DNA of 64,000 nucleotides from Planctomycetota bacterium (GTDB lineage: Bacteria > Planctomycetota > Planctomycetia > Pirellulales > Lacipirellulaceae). The stretch spans positions 1 to 64,000 of the forward strand of contig JBCCXZ010000004.1 in assembly GCA_039190745.1 (NCBI GenBank), read 5' to 3'. Shown here in pieces: positions 1-12,622 of this stretch. The position numbers and the translations under genes are program-made. Numbering within the stretch: the stretch's first letter is position 1; the number at the start of each line of letters is the position of its first letter. The notes under the pieces are model-generated. The model was not told the DNA's origin. It ran no database searches and saw only the letters and a program-made list of their open reading frames with translations.

Positions 1-373
1 CTTCCTGGATCACCACTTCTGCGGCCGGGTACTCTTCGCGGAACCGCCGCAGAAAATCGGGCAGGAAGTACGGGGCGATCGTCGGGATCACCCCGATCCG
101 CAGCCGCCCGCTCTGGCCGTCGTCCGCGATTTGGGCCTTCGTGTCCTCCAGGATCGCCAGCATCTCTTCAGACCGGCTCTGCAGCAGCACCCCCGCGTCG
201 GTCAGCTCCACCGCACGGGTCTTCCGCTCGAACAGCGGCTGGCCGAACGCTTCTTCCAACCGCTGGATCGAGCGGCTCAACGCCGGCTGTGAGATCGCGA
301 GTTCTTCGGCCGCCCGCGTGACGTTGCCCACCCTAGCCACGGTCAAGAACTGTCGGAGCTGATCAAAATCCAC
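1..373 (-). CDS. LysR-family regulator, OxyR-like (3' end runs off the window)
   Basis: Manual translation from GTG at 373: [61 protein letters not shown]...[16 protein letters not shown]. This is a LysR HTH, and the gene is divergent from katG. The redox cysteines lie outside the window. Confidence 0.9.
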   Translation of the reverse strand, partial: MDFDQLRQFLTVARVGNVTRAAEELAISQPALSRSIQRLEEAFGQPLFERKTRAVELTDAGVLLQSRSEEMLAILEDTKAQIADDGQSGRLRIGVIPTIAPYFLPDFLRRFREEYPAAEVVIQE

Positions 374-395
374 GATAATCTTCCCAAACCAACAC

Positions 396-2892
<2,497 letters not shown>

Positions 2893-2924
2893 CGTTAGGC
2901 CGCTGCAGCACGCCCGCTGAACAA

Positions 2925-2971
2925 GACGCCTGGCCCCCGAAGGCAACGCCGGACGGGGCCGGGCGTTTTTT
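2925..2971 (+). terminator. Rho-independent terminator after katG
   Basis: Stem GACGCCTGGCCCC ... GGGGCCGGGCGTT followed by a T-run. Confidence 0.7.
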
Positions 2972-3095
2972 GTGCGCCGGGCGCCAGCAGTAGCTGCACT
3001 CACCACGCTTGCGTGTTCCCCGCAAGATCGCAGCCGCCGCGGCCGATGAGGGAAGAGACGCTCTCTTCTTCTCTCTCATCACACCCGGCCGACGC

Positions 3096-5102
3096 ATGAC
3101 GCCGCAACGCCAGCACGCGCACCGCGCCGAACCAGCGCCCGCGCCCAATACGGTGCAAATCCTGCCTGAGGGCGAATCGCGCCACTGCCCCTACTGCAAC
3201 GAGCTGATCAGCTCGCTCGCCCGCAAATGTTGGCGGTGCCACGAGTACGTCTGCGAACCGCAGGAAGAACTCGACGACCGCACGTACCAATTCGCCCGCC
3301 GCGAGGTGCTGCAAGACTGCGTCGACGACATCCGCAAGTGGATCACCCGCATAGGCTTCGGCTCCGTCATGGGCATCGCCGCCGTGGCGATGCTCGGCAC
3401 GCTCCGCTTCGAGGACCTGCTCGAGAGCATGGTCGCCGAACGGGTCCAAGAAACCGCCGGGCCAGTGCTCGAGAAGAGCCAGGAGAAACTCGACGAGACC
3501 GACGAGGTGCTCGACGGCGTCCAAGACAGCCTGCGGCTCGCTAAGCACCGCATCGCCCAGTTCGACTCGGTCACCGACCAGCTCGCCCAGGCCGAGGTCG
3601 AGGTGCTCAAGATCGAGCAGGCCCGGCAAGAACTCGAAAACCGCGCCGCCGAACTCGGCGAACAGTTCGGCCAGCTCGAACACCGCTTCATCAACGCCAA
3701 GCGCGAGCTCCGCGGCGACCGCGAGCAACGCATGGAGGAGATGCTCGCCGGCTTCTCCAACCACGTCATCACTTACAACCAACTCGTTGAGGTGCTCTCG
3801 CACTCCGCCGACCCCGCCAGCGGGCGGATGCTCGAAGCCCTCGCCCCGCTCGGCCGGAGGCACATCCAGCTCATCGGCCCGTTCTCACTCTCGGCCGAGA
3901 AGCCGACCGTCGTCTTCTCCTCCGCGGTGAAGCTCAGCTGGCAGCTGGGCCTGCGTGACTTCGACCGGGTGAACTACCGCGTCTGGTACGACACCCAGCC
4001 CGACTTCCGCGGCGAGCACTCCCGCCAGGCCACCACCCGCATGACCAGCCACACCCTTCCGGTCGACTTCCCCCACGGGCTGGTCTACTGGCGCGTCGAG
4101 GCGGTCGACGACCACGGCCACGTCATCGCCACCAGCAACGTGGGGCACTTCGAGCACTACTCCGACACGATCGACCGCATCCGCAGCACCGGCGTGGTGC
4201 GGGTGGGCGTCGCCTACTCAGCCCAAGGCGAGTTCGCCTACTTCGACGAGGACCAACGCCGCCTCACCGGCTACGACATCGAGCTCAGCCGCTGGCTCGC
4301 CAGCCGCGTTCTCCCCGGCGAGACCGGCATCCGACCCGTGTTCGTCAACTACGACTGGCGGCAGCTCCTCAAGTCGGTCAGCCGCAACGAGGTCGACTTC
4401 ATCATCTCGACCATCACCATCACGCCCGACCGCGAAGAGGAGTACGGCATCCGCTTCAGCAGCCCGTACTACAAAACCTCGCAGGCGTGCGTGGTGCTCA
4501 AGGAAGGCGGCATCCGCGCCGGCAAGCAGCTCCGCGGCAGACGACTCGCCGTCCAAACCGGCACCTCTAGCGAGACCGTCGCCGAGGCCTTCACCGAGGC
4601 CGCCCGTTTGTACCGCTCGTCGAGTTCCGAAGACTCGTTCGACGCACTGCTCAAGGGCGAGGTCGACGCCATCATCACCGATTTCGACTTCGCCCAGGGC
4701 TACGTCCGCAAGCTGGGCCACGCCGCTGCGGTGATCCCGCTCCAGGAGAGCGACTTCCCCGAAAACTACACCGGCACCCGGTCCGAAGAGTACGGCATCG
4801 CGGTCGCGAAGCCGGAAACCTACCTACTCACGCGCTTGAACAACGCCATCGACGCCGCCAAGCGGTCCAACATCCTAGAAGCCCTCCGCTCGCGATTCGT
4901 CACCGGCCACCACGACGCGGACACAATCGCCGCGCCCTTGCCGCCGGCTGCGCCCGCGACCGTCCTGACCGCGACGCCCCGCGCCCCGGCGATCCAGGCC
5001 TCGACAATCACCCCGGTCGAACAGGAACACGCCCCGATCGAACCGGCAGCGGAACCATCGCTGGTCGACCGCCCGGTCAGCGCGAACCCACTCCGTCGTT
5101 AG
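3096..5102 (+). CDS. Membrane-anchored protein: Zn-ribbon, TM helix, coiled coil and a family 3 (polar amino acid type) solute-binding domain
   Basis: CPYC..CWRC, then hydrophobic IGFGSVMGIAAVAMLG, a heptad-rich region, and a PBPb-like part (IRSTGVVRVG..GYDIEL..VDFIISTITITPDREE..AVQTGT..YGIAV). Start uncertain; the ORF is open from 3009. Confidence 0.75.
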   Translation: MTPQRQHAHRAEPAPAPNTVQILPEGESRHCPYCNELISSLARKCWRCHEYVCEPQEELDDRTYQFARREVLQDCVDDIRKWITRIGFGSVMGIAAVAMLGTLRFEDLLESMVAERVQETAGPVLEKSQEKLDETDEVLDGVQDSLRLAKHRIAQFDSVTDQLAQAEVEVLKIEQARQELENRAAELGEQFGQLEHRFINAKRELRGDREQRMEEMLAGFSNHVITYNQLVEVLSHSADPASGRMLEALAPLGRRHIQLIGPFSLSAEKPTVVFSSAVKLSWQLGLRDFDRVNYRVWYDTQPDFRGEHSRQATTRMTSHTLPVDFPHGLVYWRVEAVDDHGHVIATSNVGHFEHYSDTIDRIRSTGVVRVGVAYSAQGEFAYFDEDQRRLTGYDIELSRWLASRVLPGETGIRPVFVNYDWRQLLKSVSRNEVDFIISTITITPDREEEYGIRFSSPYYKTSQACVVLKEGGIRAGKQLRGRRLAVQTGTSSETVAEAFTEAARLYRSSSSEDSFDALLKGEVDAIITDFDFAQGYVRKLGHAAAVIPLQESDFPENYTGTRSEEYGIAVAKPETYLLTRLNNAIDAAKRSNILEALRSRFVTGHHDADTIAAPLPPAAPATVLTATPRAPAIQASTITPVEQEHAPIEPAAEPSLVDRPVSANPLRR

Positions 5103-5112
5103 CCGCGGCGAA

Positions 5113-7506
5113 CTAACGGCCTCGGTAGATCTGCACGTCGTCCAGCAACACGGGCGAGCCCCAGCAGCTCTCGAAGCCGATCCGGCCCGAGCCGGGCGCC
5201 GCCCCGCTGGTCTGCTGCACCAGGGTCATCCGCTTCTCAGGGTCGGCCGCGTCCAGCAGCGGTAGTTCCAACGTCGGCCCATCGTCGACGAGCCGGAACA
5301 AGTACAACCGGCTACGCGGGTCGATAGAGAAGCTCTCCGCCGCGAGCAGCGTAATGGTCTTGGGCGATGGCCGCTCGTGGATCTCTAGGCTGTGCCCGGA
5401 ACTGAGGCCCAACGGCCAGAAGTTGCTCCGCACGCCGCGGGTGAGGATCGAGTTGTGCCACCCCGGGCCCGAGCTGTGCCTGTCCGACGCACGCGTCATG
5501 ACGGCAAAGCTACCCCCGTACCCCGAGAGGAAGTTGTCGGCGAACAGCACACGGCCAACGACTGTAAGCCGCTCGTCGCCGGGCGAGAACTCTTGCCGCG
5601 TGAGCAGGTAGGGCCGTTGGCGCCAAGTATCGATGTGCTCGCCGCCACGCGCCGCGCCGAGCCGCACGGCGCCGCGTTCAGCTTCGACATTGCCTAGCGC
5701 CTTCCAGGAGCCGGGGTCGAGGGCGTCGCCCTCAAAGCTGTCGGCGAGAACGAGTTCCGCCCCGAGAGGCCCCAACTGATCGAAGGCTTCCTGCCCCACG
5801 ATGCTGAGAGCAGGCATCGCGTGGGAACTGGCGTGCGCGGGCCACAGGCTAGCGAGCCCGTCGGGCGTGGGCTCTTGCGAGACCCGGACGTTCTCCACGA
5901 TCAGACCGCCGTCGCAGCCCTCGATCGCCACAAAGTTCTGGTAGCCGCTAAAGAGCGACCGACAGCGGACCGTCTTCCGAACCGACGGGTCGTCGGTGAG
6001 CGACACGGTGAACGCGACGTTCATCCCATCGTCCCGCATCGACAGGCGGTAACGCTCACCGGCAATGGGGTTCCGGAAGCCCCGCCAGGAGATGTTCGTC
6101 AGCTCCCGGTCCCCCTCGTGCTTGGTCGCAGCCTCAAGCACGCCGTCGCCTTTGCCGTCCCCGCCGCGGAAGCAGCAGCGGACGCAGGTGGCGAGCGACT
6201 CTTCCCATTCGGTGCCCGCCGCGCCGAGCACGTCGGCCGCACGCGTCAGGATCGAAACCGATTGCTCAAGGCCTGAAACCCCGCCGCGGGGTTCCGGGAA
6301 CACCACGTCGCAAGAAACCGTCACCGGCCCCAGCGACGGGTCGAACGCCCGTTGGCTCAAAAGGTACGGCCGTCGCGCCGCGCCCGTCGGCGGACGCACC
6401 TCCAGCCCCGCAGGCGTCGATCGCGCATCGGCCCACACCCGCCAATCGACCTCGTGCGAAGCATTGTTTCTAAAATCAGAGGCAACCGCCTCGCTCTCGC
6501 CGTTCCCCACCAGCCGGCGGGCGGCAGCCGTCGGGAGGAATCGCCGCGCGTCCGCGCTGCGGCTCTGCAGCGTCCCACGCGTCCACTGCAGCGAGTCCCC
6601 CTTGGTCAGCTCGAATCTCCCCGGGCCGTCGGCCACCGAGGTCGTCGGGTAGGCCTCAACCTTCCCCGAAAAGACGCTCACCTCCGAGACGCCGAAGTCG
6701 TCGACCAGCACGCCAAACTCGGTGCCGAGGTCGACGACCTTGCCGTTGGGTGTCTCAACAGTAAAGCCGTGCCCGGCCTCGGGGACAAAGGCCACCAAGC
6801 CGCCGTTGCGCAGCTCTCCGCCGGCGGGCCGCACCAGGTACTCGACCGGGCCGATCAACCGCAGCCGCACGCCCGAATCGTAAGTCAGCTCCAGCTCACC
6901 CTCAGCCAGCTCGAGCGTCTGGCCGCCCCGCACACCCGACTCGAGCGCCAACGAATCGTTGGGGTTGGCCCAGGCGTCGGGCGAGGAGATGAACGAAACG
7001 GTTGCCACCAAACCCGCCGGCGCCGGCGTGCCGGCATCCGCGACCAGTCCGCCATCGGACCCGGGCTGGGGCGCACGCACGCCAAACTGTTGCCAACCAA
7101 ACACAACCAATAAGCACACAGCCAGCGCCGCGACCAATCCCAGAGACCGCGACCAACGCCCGGCACCCCCTCGGCGTGCCTGAACCTCAGGCGAACAGAG
7201 TGCGACCGCCAAACCCTCGCCCGGCTGCGGTTCAGCCGCGGGCATGTACGGGGCCAGCCGCCGAGCCAACCCTTCCGCCTCCTCCCGCATCCGGCTGCCG
7301 GCAGTCGACGAAAGCGAGCTGTGCAACGCGATGAACCGGAGATAGTAATGCCTCGCCGCCGGGTTGTTCGCCAGCAACACGTTCAGCCGCGTTTCCTGCT
7401 CGGGCGTGTGCACCCGGTCGCAGGCCGCACTGATCAGCCGCGAGAGTTCGCCCACCGTCTGCGGGTCGAGCGGGCTTTCGTGTTCGGAGGATTCAGGCAG
7501 GGTCAC
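5113..7506 (-). CDS. FecR-domain anti-sigma factor with a duplicated C-terminal domain
   Basis: N-terminal anti-sigma segment (LNVLLANNPAARHYY), TM helix, FecR motif GFTVETPNGKVVDLGTEFGV..SEVSVFSGKV. Lies downstream of an ECF sigma gene. Confidence 0.88.
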   Translation of the reverse strand: MTLPESSEHESPLDPQTVGELSRLISAACDRVHTPEQETRLNVLLANNPAARHYYLRFIALHSSLSSTAGSRMREEAEGLARRLAPYMPAAEPQPGEGLAVALCSPEVQARRGGAGRWSRSLGLVAALAVCLLVVFGWQQFGVRAPQPGSDGGLVADAGTPAPAGLVATVSFISSPDAWANPNDSLALESGVRGGQTLELAEGELELTYDSGVRLRLIGPVEYLVRPAGGELRNGGLVAFVPEAGHGFTVETPNGKVVDLGTEFGVLVDDFGVSEVSVFSGKVEAYPTTSVADGPGRFELTKGDSLQWTRGTLQSRSADARRFLPTAAARRLVGNGESEAVASDFRNNASHEVDWRVWADARSTPAGLEVRPPTGAARRPYLLSQRAFDPSLGPVTVSCDVVFPEPRGGVSGLEQSVSILTRAADVLGAAGTEWEESLATCVRCCFRGGDGKGDGVLEAATKHEGDRELTNISWRGFRNPIAGERYRLSMRDDGMNVAFTVSLTDDPSVRKTVRCRSLFSGYQNFVAIEGCDGGLIVENVRVSQEPTPDGLASLWPAHASSHAMPALSIVGQEAFDQLGPLGAELVLADSFEGDALDPGSWKALGNVEAERGAVRLGAARGGEHIDTWRQRPYLLTRQEFSPGDERLTVVGRVLFADNFLSGYGGSFAVMTRASDRHSSGPGWHNSILTRGVRSNFWPLGLSSGHSLEIHERPSPKTITLLAAESFSIDPRSRLYLFRLVDDGPTLELPLLDAADPEKRMTLVQQTSGAAPGSGRIGFESCWGSPVLLDDVQIYRGR

Positions 7507-7540
7507 GTCAATCGGCTTCGTTGTTTGGCTGTCAATGAGT

Positions 7541-7588
7541 GGGGGAGACTTGGGTTGGGGAGACTCTTGGGTTGGGGAGACTTGGAGG
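7541..7588 (+). repeat. G-rich tandem repeat (GGGGAGACTTGGGTT-type, about 3 copies)
   Basis: GGGGGAGACTTGGGTT GGGGAGACTCTTGGGTT GGGGAGACTTGGAGG between the sigma and anti-sigma genes. Confidence 0.85.
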
Positions 7589-7598
7589 TTCTCAGCGG

Positions 7599-8168
7599 CT
7601 ACTCCCTAAGCTCGCGGAGCATCCTTCGCTCGACGCACTCCAGCAGCGCCCTCCGGATGCGGCCGAGCGACTTCGAAAGCGAGTTGGCGGAGCGCCCCAA
7701 CTCCTCGGCCATCCGCTTCACGGTCGCGTCGGGCTGGTAGCGTTTGCGGATCAACGCCTGATCGGCTTCGGGCAGCCTCTCGACACAGTTCGAGAGCGCG
7801 CCGAGCATCTCTCTCCGCTCCGAAGAAGGGTCGGCCTGCATCTCCGCGGCCTCGTCGGCTAGTTGCTCCAGCACGCCGATGTCGAGCACACGAGCGGCCC
7901 GCCCCAGCCGCTCGCGGTGCTTCAGCGCCTGCAGCCGGGCAATCTTGCACGCCCAGGCGTAAAAGTTTGTCCCCGACTCGAATGTGTCGAATTTCCGCCA
8001 CAACACCAGGCTCGTCTCCTGCAGCACATCGGCCGCGTCCCCCGCGGCAGGCAAGAGTGCCATCAAGTAAAACTGCAAACGCGCGTAGTGCGCCGAGTAC
8101 AGTTCCAGGAACTCCCCGACACGAGTCGGGTCACCTCCGGAGTTCGATGAGCTCGTGTCGACTGCCAT
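7599..8168 (-). CDS. ECF sigma-70 factor (Rhodopirellula/Verrucomicrobium type)
   Basis: DAADVLQETSLVLWRKFDTFESGTNFYAWACKIAR (region 2) and a region 4 HTH. Start taken at ATG 8168; the ORF is open to 8228. Confidence 0.93.
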   Translation of the reverse strand: MAVDTSSSNSGGDPTRVGEFLELYSAHYARLQFYLMALLPAAGDAADVLQETSLVLWRKFDTFESGTNFYAWACKIARLQALKHRERLGRAARVLDIGVLEQLADEAAEMQADPSSERREMLGALSNCVERLPEADQALIRKRYQPDATVKRMAEELGRSANSLSKSLGRIRRALLECVERRMLRELRE

Positions 8169-8735
8169 AGGATCCGACTCTAGAGGAGGTAGCCGGGCTG
8201 GATGGGTCGCCAAGGTGCTCGAACGCAAAGTCTTTCCGACGAGTGTCCTTGGGCGCAGCTCTCAGCCTCTGCAGTTACCAAATACGCCCTCGTCAACGAA
8301 AGTGAGCGACGAACCCTCCAGATTCTCATCTTCACGCAGACGGTTCGCCACCTCGGAGACCCCAGGCGGATATGCAGCATTCCGGGAAACTGGATCAGCA
8401 GACCCAAGTCTTTTCCCACACAATACTTGCGCCCAGTCCCCAGAAGCGACTAGGTTTTCGACTCAGAAACAGCCGTCTCCCCGTATTTGTTAGTGGCGTG
8501 AGGTGGAGCAAAGCGTGTAGCCGGCCCCCGGTTGGCAACTACGATGAGATGCGGGTCGGCAATTCCGATCGAGGCGCATCCCAGGCGAGTCGCTCCTCTA
8601 CTTTTCGCATGCAGGAACAAGGCCGCGGTGTCGAAACCAGTGGCCGCCCGTCCCCGGGAACCCGATCAAGACGGTGCCCCGGACCTAATCCCGTTTTTCT
8701 GATCGCGTTGATTCTCAACTGAGAGGGTACGACTA

Positions 8736-9326
8736 ATGAGGTTACTCGCTGTCTGTCTGTCTTTGTCGCTGCTCACGGCAGCGGCCCCCGCACAAGAGCT
8801 GCTCTCCAACCCCGGTTTCGAGAGCGGCCCCGGCGACAACTGGGGCAAGTTCGGAGCCGCCGACTTCAACAACTTCTTCGGCCCGAACGCGCACGCCAGC
8901 CTGTTCATGGACAACCCCGGCAACTTCGGCGGCGTCTTCCAGAGCGTCTCGCTCCCCGGCGCCGCGGGCATGACCTACAAGTTCGATTTGTTGGACGTCC
9001 GCATCGAAGACAACGCCGCGGCGAACCTCCGCTTCGGCTTGGAGTACTACCAGGCAGACGACTCCACCTCGACCGGCCCCGCCACGATCGTGCCGATCCC
9101 GCTGACCACGACCGGCGACGGCCTCAGCTTCAGCATGACCGGCACCGCCCCCGCGGGCACCGCAATCGTCCGGCCGATCATCCAGTTCGACAACGTCACC
9201 TCCACGGCCAGCGGCCAGGAGAACGCATTCGTGTTCGACGTCTCCCTCACCAAAGTCCCTGAGCCAGGCGCCGCGGCTTTGGCGTTGGTCTCCTCGGCAC
9301 TGTTGGCCGTTCGTCGGCGCCGCTAG
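8736..9326 (+). CDS. Secreted PEP-CTERM protein with one CBM-like domain
   Basis: Signal peptide; LLSNPGFE start typical of galactose-binding-fold modules; C-terminal VPEP-TM-RRRR. Confidence 0.85.
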   Translation: MRLLAVCLSLSLLTAAAPAQELLSNPGFESGPGDNWGKFGAADFNNFFGPNAHASLFMDNPGNFGGVFQSVSLPGAAGMTYKFDLLDVRIEDNAAANLRFGLEYYQADDSTSTGPATIVPIPLTTTGDGLSFSMTGTAPAGTAIVRPIIQFDNVTSTASGQENAFVFDVSLTKVPEPGAAALALVSSALLAVRRRR

Positions 9327-9513
9327 CCCGGCGAGGATCACAAGCGACACCTGCGCAAGCGACACCCACCCGGCGACCGCGCACCGCGGCGCCGGGGTGG
9401 GTTCGACACGACTCATCCGCACGAATCTCAATCGACACAAGACAACCGGAACACCCTCCATAGGCGTCGCGAGGCCAATTAGCCTTGAGACGCCCCACCA
9501 GGAAACGAACACC

Positions 9514-10842
9514 ATGAGACTCGCAGCCACGCTGGCACTGCTGCTCTCGGTCGCCGCGGCCCCGACGGCCCACGCGGTCACCAACCTGCTGACCAACTCA
9601 GGCTTCCTCGACACCGACATGCCCGCCGACGGCATCCTCGGCGACGGCTGGGGCAACTTCGGCGCCACCGACTTCAACGCCTTCTTCGGCGCCGGCAACC
9701 CCCACGCCAGCCTCTTCGCTGACGACGCCTTCAACACCGGCGGCGTCTTCCAGCAGGGGATCGTCGGCACGCCGGGCACGACCTATCAGTTCGACCTAAC
9801 CGACGTGCGCATCGAGACTAACTGGGACGCCGACCTGAACTTCGGCGTCGAGTTCTACGCGGCCGACGACACCACCAAGCTCGGCGAGACGATCGTCACC
9901 GCAGACACTGCGACACGGCTCTTGAACGGCCAGACCGACGGCAATTCCTTCAGCATGCAGGCCACCGCCCCTCCGCTCACCGCGTTCGCCCGGCCAATCA
10001 TCAGCTTCGAGAACGTCAACTTCGCCTACGTCGCCGGCACGCCCCAGGCGAACTCCTTCGTCTTCCGCACCTTCCTTTCCGAAGCGCCCGGCATCGGCGA
10101 CGAGTTCCTCAAGAACCCCGGCCTGGAAGACACCGACGGCCTCGGCGACACCGGCGACTTCTGGTCCTCATTCGGAGCCGCGGGCTTTAACGACTTCTTC
10201 GGCGGCAACGGCCACGGCAGCCTCTTTGCAGACAACCCCGGCAACTTCGGCGGCATCTTCCAACAGTCCATCCTGGGCGACGCGGGGACCGAGTACGAGT
10301 TCAGCCTCAATGATGTCCGCATCGAAAGCAACTTCGACGCCGACCTCAGCTTCGGGCTCGAGTACTACGCCGAGGACAACACCACCAAGCTCGGCGAAAC
10401 GATCGAGCTCATCGACACCAACACCGGCATGGTCGACGGCAACGCCTTTGTCATGAGCGGCACCGCCCCGCTAGACACCGTGTTTGTCCGGCCGATCGTG
10501 CTGTTCGACAACGTCGTCTCCACAGCCTCGAGCGACGAGAACGTCTTCATCTTCGACGCCTCACTCACCGAGCTGAGCGGGGTGCCCGAGGACGCCGACT
10601 TCGACGGCGACGGTGACGTCGACCTCGCCGACCTCGTTACCCTGCAGCGCGGCTTCGGCGTGGGCACGACCCTGGCCGAGGGCGACGCCAACGGCAGCGG
10701 CTCGGTCAACGGCGTCGACCTCGCCGTCTGGGAGTCGCAGTTCACCGGCGCACCTGTCGCCGCGATCGCCGCCGTCCCCGAGCCGACCTCCGCCGCCCTG
10801 CTGGGCGTCGCCGCCATCGGCCTGCTCCGCCGGCGGCGTTAG
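9514..10842 (+). CDS. PEP-CTERM protein with two tandem CBM-like domains and a dockerin-like Ca-binding repeat
   Basis: Signal peptide [12 protein letters not shown]; two copies of the domain seen in 8736..9326; [24 protein letters not shown]. Confidence 0.85.
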   Translation: MRLAATLALLLSVAAAPTAHAVTNLLTNSGFLDTDMPADGILGDGWGNFGATDFNAFFGAGNPHASLFADDAFNTGGVFQQGIVGTPGTTYQFDLTDVRIETNWDADLNFGVEFYAADDTTKLGETIVTADTATRLLNGQTDGNSFSMQATAPPLTAFARPIISFENVNFAYVAGTPQANSFVFRTFLSEAPGIGDEFLKNPGLEDTDGLGDTGDFWSSFGAAGFNDFFGGNGHGSLFADNPGNFGGIFQQSILGDAGTEYEFSLNDVRIESNFDADLSFGLEYYAEDNTTKLGETIELIDTNTGMVDGNAFVMSGTAPLDTVFVRPIVLFDNVVSTASSDENVFIFDASLTELSGVPEDADFDGDGDVDLADLVTLQRGFGVGTTLAEGDANGSGSVNGVDLAVWESQFTGAPVAAIAAVPEPTSAALLGVAAIGLLRRRR

Positions 10843-10880
10843 GGCACGGCTTGAACACCACCCGGAAAGGAAGCGTGAGA

Positions 10881-11915
10881 GTGTCTGGAACAGAGAAGAG
10901 GCGCCTCAAGCGTGGCGCTTTCACCCTGGTCGAGCTGCTGGTGGTGATCGCCATCATCGGCGTCCTGGTCGCGCTGCTGCTGCCGGCCGTGCAGGCCGCC
11001 CGCGAGGCCGCCCGCCGCTCGCAGTGCCAGAACAACCTCAAGCAGATCGGCCTGGCGATGCTCAACTACGAGCAGACCCAGGGCGCCCTGCCCGCCGGCG
11101 GTTGGTTCTACCAATGGGTAGGCGACCCCGACCTGGGCTACGGCGAAGACCAGCCCGGGGGTTGGGTCTTTAGTCTGTTGGAGTTTGTCGAGGCGCAGAA
11201 CATCCGCCAGATGTCCGCCGGCCTCACCGGAAACGACAAGCGGCTCCGGCTTGCCGAGATGTCCGCCACTCCTATTTCGGTCTTCGTCTGCCCCTCACGC
11301 CGCCCGGCCGAGGCCTGGACCGCCATCTCGCCGTTCGCACAGCCGATCAACGCCGAGCTCCCCGCGCTTTGTGCCAGGACCGACTACGGGGCCGTGGTCA
11401 GCGGCGGCATCCCCGACCTCAACAACCCGGCGGAAGCACTGAACACGCGGCCCCGGGAGTTCGACGGCTTCCCGCTCACCATTGAAGAAGCAAAAGACGA
11501 AGAGGCGTGGACCAGCGGGCCCTTTTTCAACGGCAACTGGAACCCCAACGGCGTGGTGATCCCCCGCTACCCGATCGAGCTGCGGCAGATCACCGACGGC
11601 ACAAGCCGCACCTACTTCGTCGGCGAGCGGTACATGAACCCCGACCGCTACACCGACGGCCAAGACGTCAACGACGACCAGAGTATGTATGTCGGGTATG
11701 ATGCAGACTTGATGGTATCGACGTTCTTCCAGCCGCTGCCCGACACTCCAGGGGTCGCCCCCGGCAGAGAATTCCGCTTCGGCAGCGCCCACCCGGGCGC
11801 GTTCCACGTCGTCTACTGCGACGGCTCGGTCCACGCCGTCAATTTCGACATTGAGCACGCCGTCCACCAAGCCATGGGCAGCCGCGCCAACGCAGAAGTC
11901 CAAGCCATTGAGTAA
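10881..11915 (+). CDS. DUF1559 prepilin-type N-terminal cleavage/methylation protein with H-X9-DG C-terminus
   Basis: [63 protein letters not shown]. Start GTG 10875 or 10881, after AAAGGAAG. Confidence 0.93.
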   Translation: MSGTEKRRLKRGAFTLVELLVVIAIIGVLVALLLPAVQAAREAARRSQCQNNLKQIGLAMLNYEQTQGALPAGGWFYQWVGDPDLGYGEDQPGGWVFSLLEFVEAQNIRQMSAGLTGNDKRLRLAEMSATPISVFVCPSRRPAEAWTAISPFAQPINAELPALCARTDYGAVVSGGIPDLNNPAEALNTRPREFDGFPLTIEEAKDEEAWTSGPFFNGNWNPNGVVIPRYPIELRQITDGTSRTYFVGERYMNPDRYTDGQDVNDDQSMYVGYDADLMVSTFFQPLPDTPGVAPGREFRFGSAHPGAFHVVYCDGSVHAVNFDIEHAVHQAMGSRANAEVQAIE

Positions 11916-12564
11916 CCCCAGAGCCGGCGCCAATCGATCCGCCTACACCTCCGGCAACCCGGCTTCCCGTGTCGCATTGGTTGCCTTGGTGGCGCTCGGC
12001 CTGAGCGGCTGCAACCGCGGGCCGGCACGCGTCGGCATGCCCAACTTCAAGCCCGACCGGGTTGCGGCGCGGGCCTTGGAAGAGTTCGACGCCGACGGCG
12101 ACGGGGCCCTCAACAGCGAAGAACTCCAAGCCGCGCCGGGGATCGCCGCCGCGGTGCCGCTGATGGACGCCGACGGCAACCGTCAGCTCACCGCCGACGA
12201 GATCGCCGCCGAGCTGCAAAAGTGGCGCGACGAAAAGGCCGCGCTGATCTCCCTGAGCTGCCGGGTCACCCAGAAGGGCCGCCCCGTGAGCGGGGCGCAG
12301 GTCCGCCTCGTCCCGGAAGCCTGTTTCGACGACACGATCCCCGACGCCAGCGGCGTCTCCGACGCGGCCGGCAACGCCGACCTCAGCTGCGACCCCGAGC
12401 ACAAACCCGAGACCCTCAAGTCGTACCGCGCCGTCAAACCCGGCATCTACCGTGTCGAGGTCACGCACCCGAGTATCACTGTGCCGCCGGAGTTCAACTC
12501 CAGCACCACCATCGGCGCCGCGGTGTCGCTGCGGAACTCCAACCCGCTCTCCATCGAGCTCTAG
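11908..12564 (+). CDS. Lipoprotein with EF-hand-like loops and a carboxypeptidase-regulatory-like beta domain
   Basis: Lipobox [16 protein letters not shown] and [12 protein letters not shown] loops; G.YRVEV. The TTG start overlaps the end of the DUF1559 gene and is uncertain. Confidence 0.75.
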   Translation: MSNPRAGANRSAYTSGNPASRVALVALVALGLSGCNRGPARVGMPNFKPDRVAARALEEFDADGDGALNSEELQAAPGIAAAVPLMDADGNRQLTADEIAAELQKWRDEKAALISLSCRVTQKGRPVSGAQVRLVPEACFDDTIPDASGVSDAAGNADLSCDPEHKPETLKSYRAVKPGIYRVEVTHPSITVPPEFNSSTTIGAAVSLRNSNPLSIEL

Positions 12565-12622
12565 TAATCAGCCGGCGTGGCCGCCCGGAACCGGCCCCGC
12601 CCGACCCACAACCTAGGCGAAC

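Noticed and set aside
8230..8735. Long intergenic regions (also 16393-16793 and 24081-24560) as riboswitch or ECF promoter sites
   Set aside because: I could not recognise a riboswitch consensus or a shared promoter motif by eye; an Infernal/MEME search is needed.
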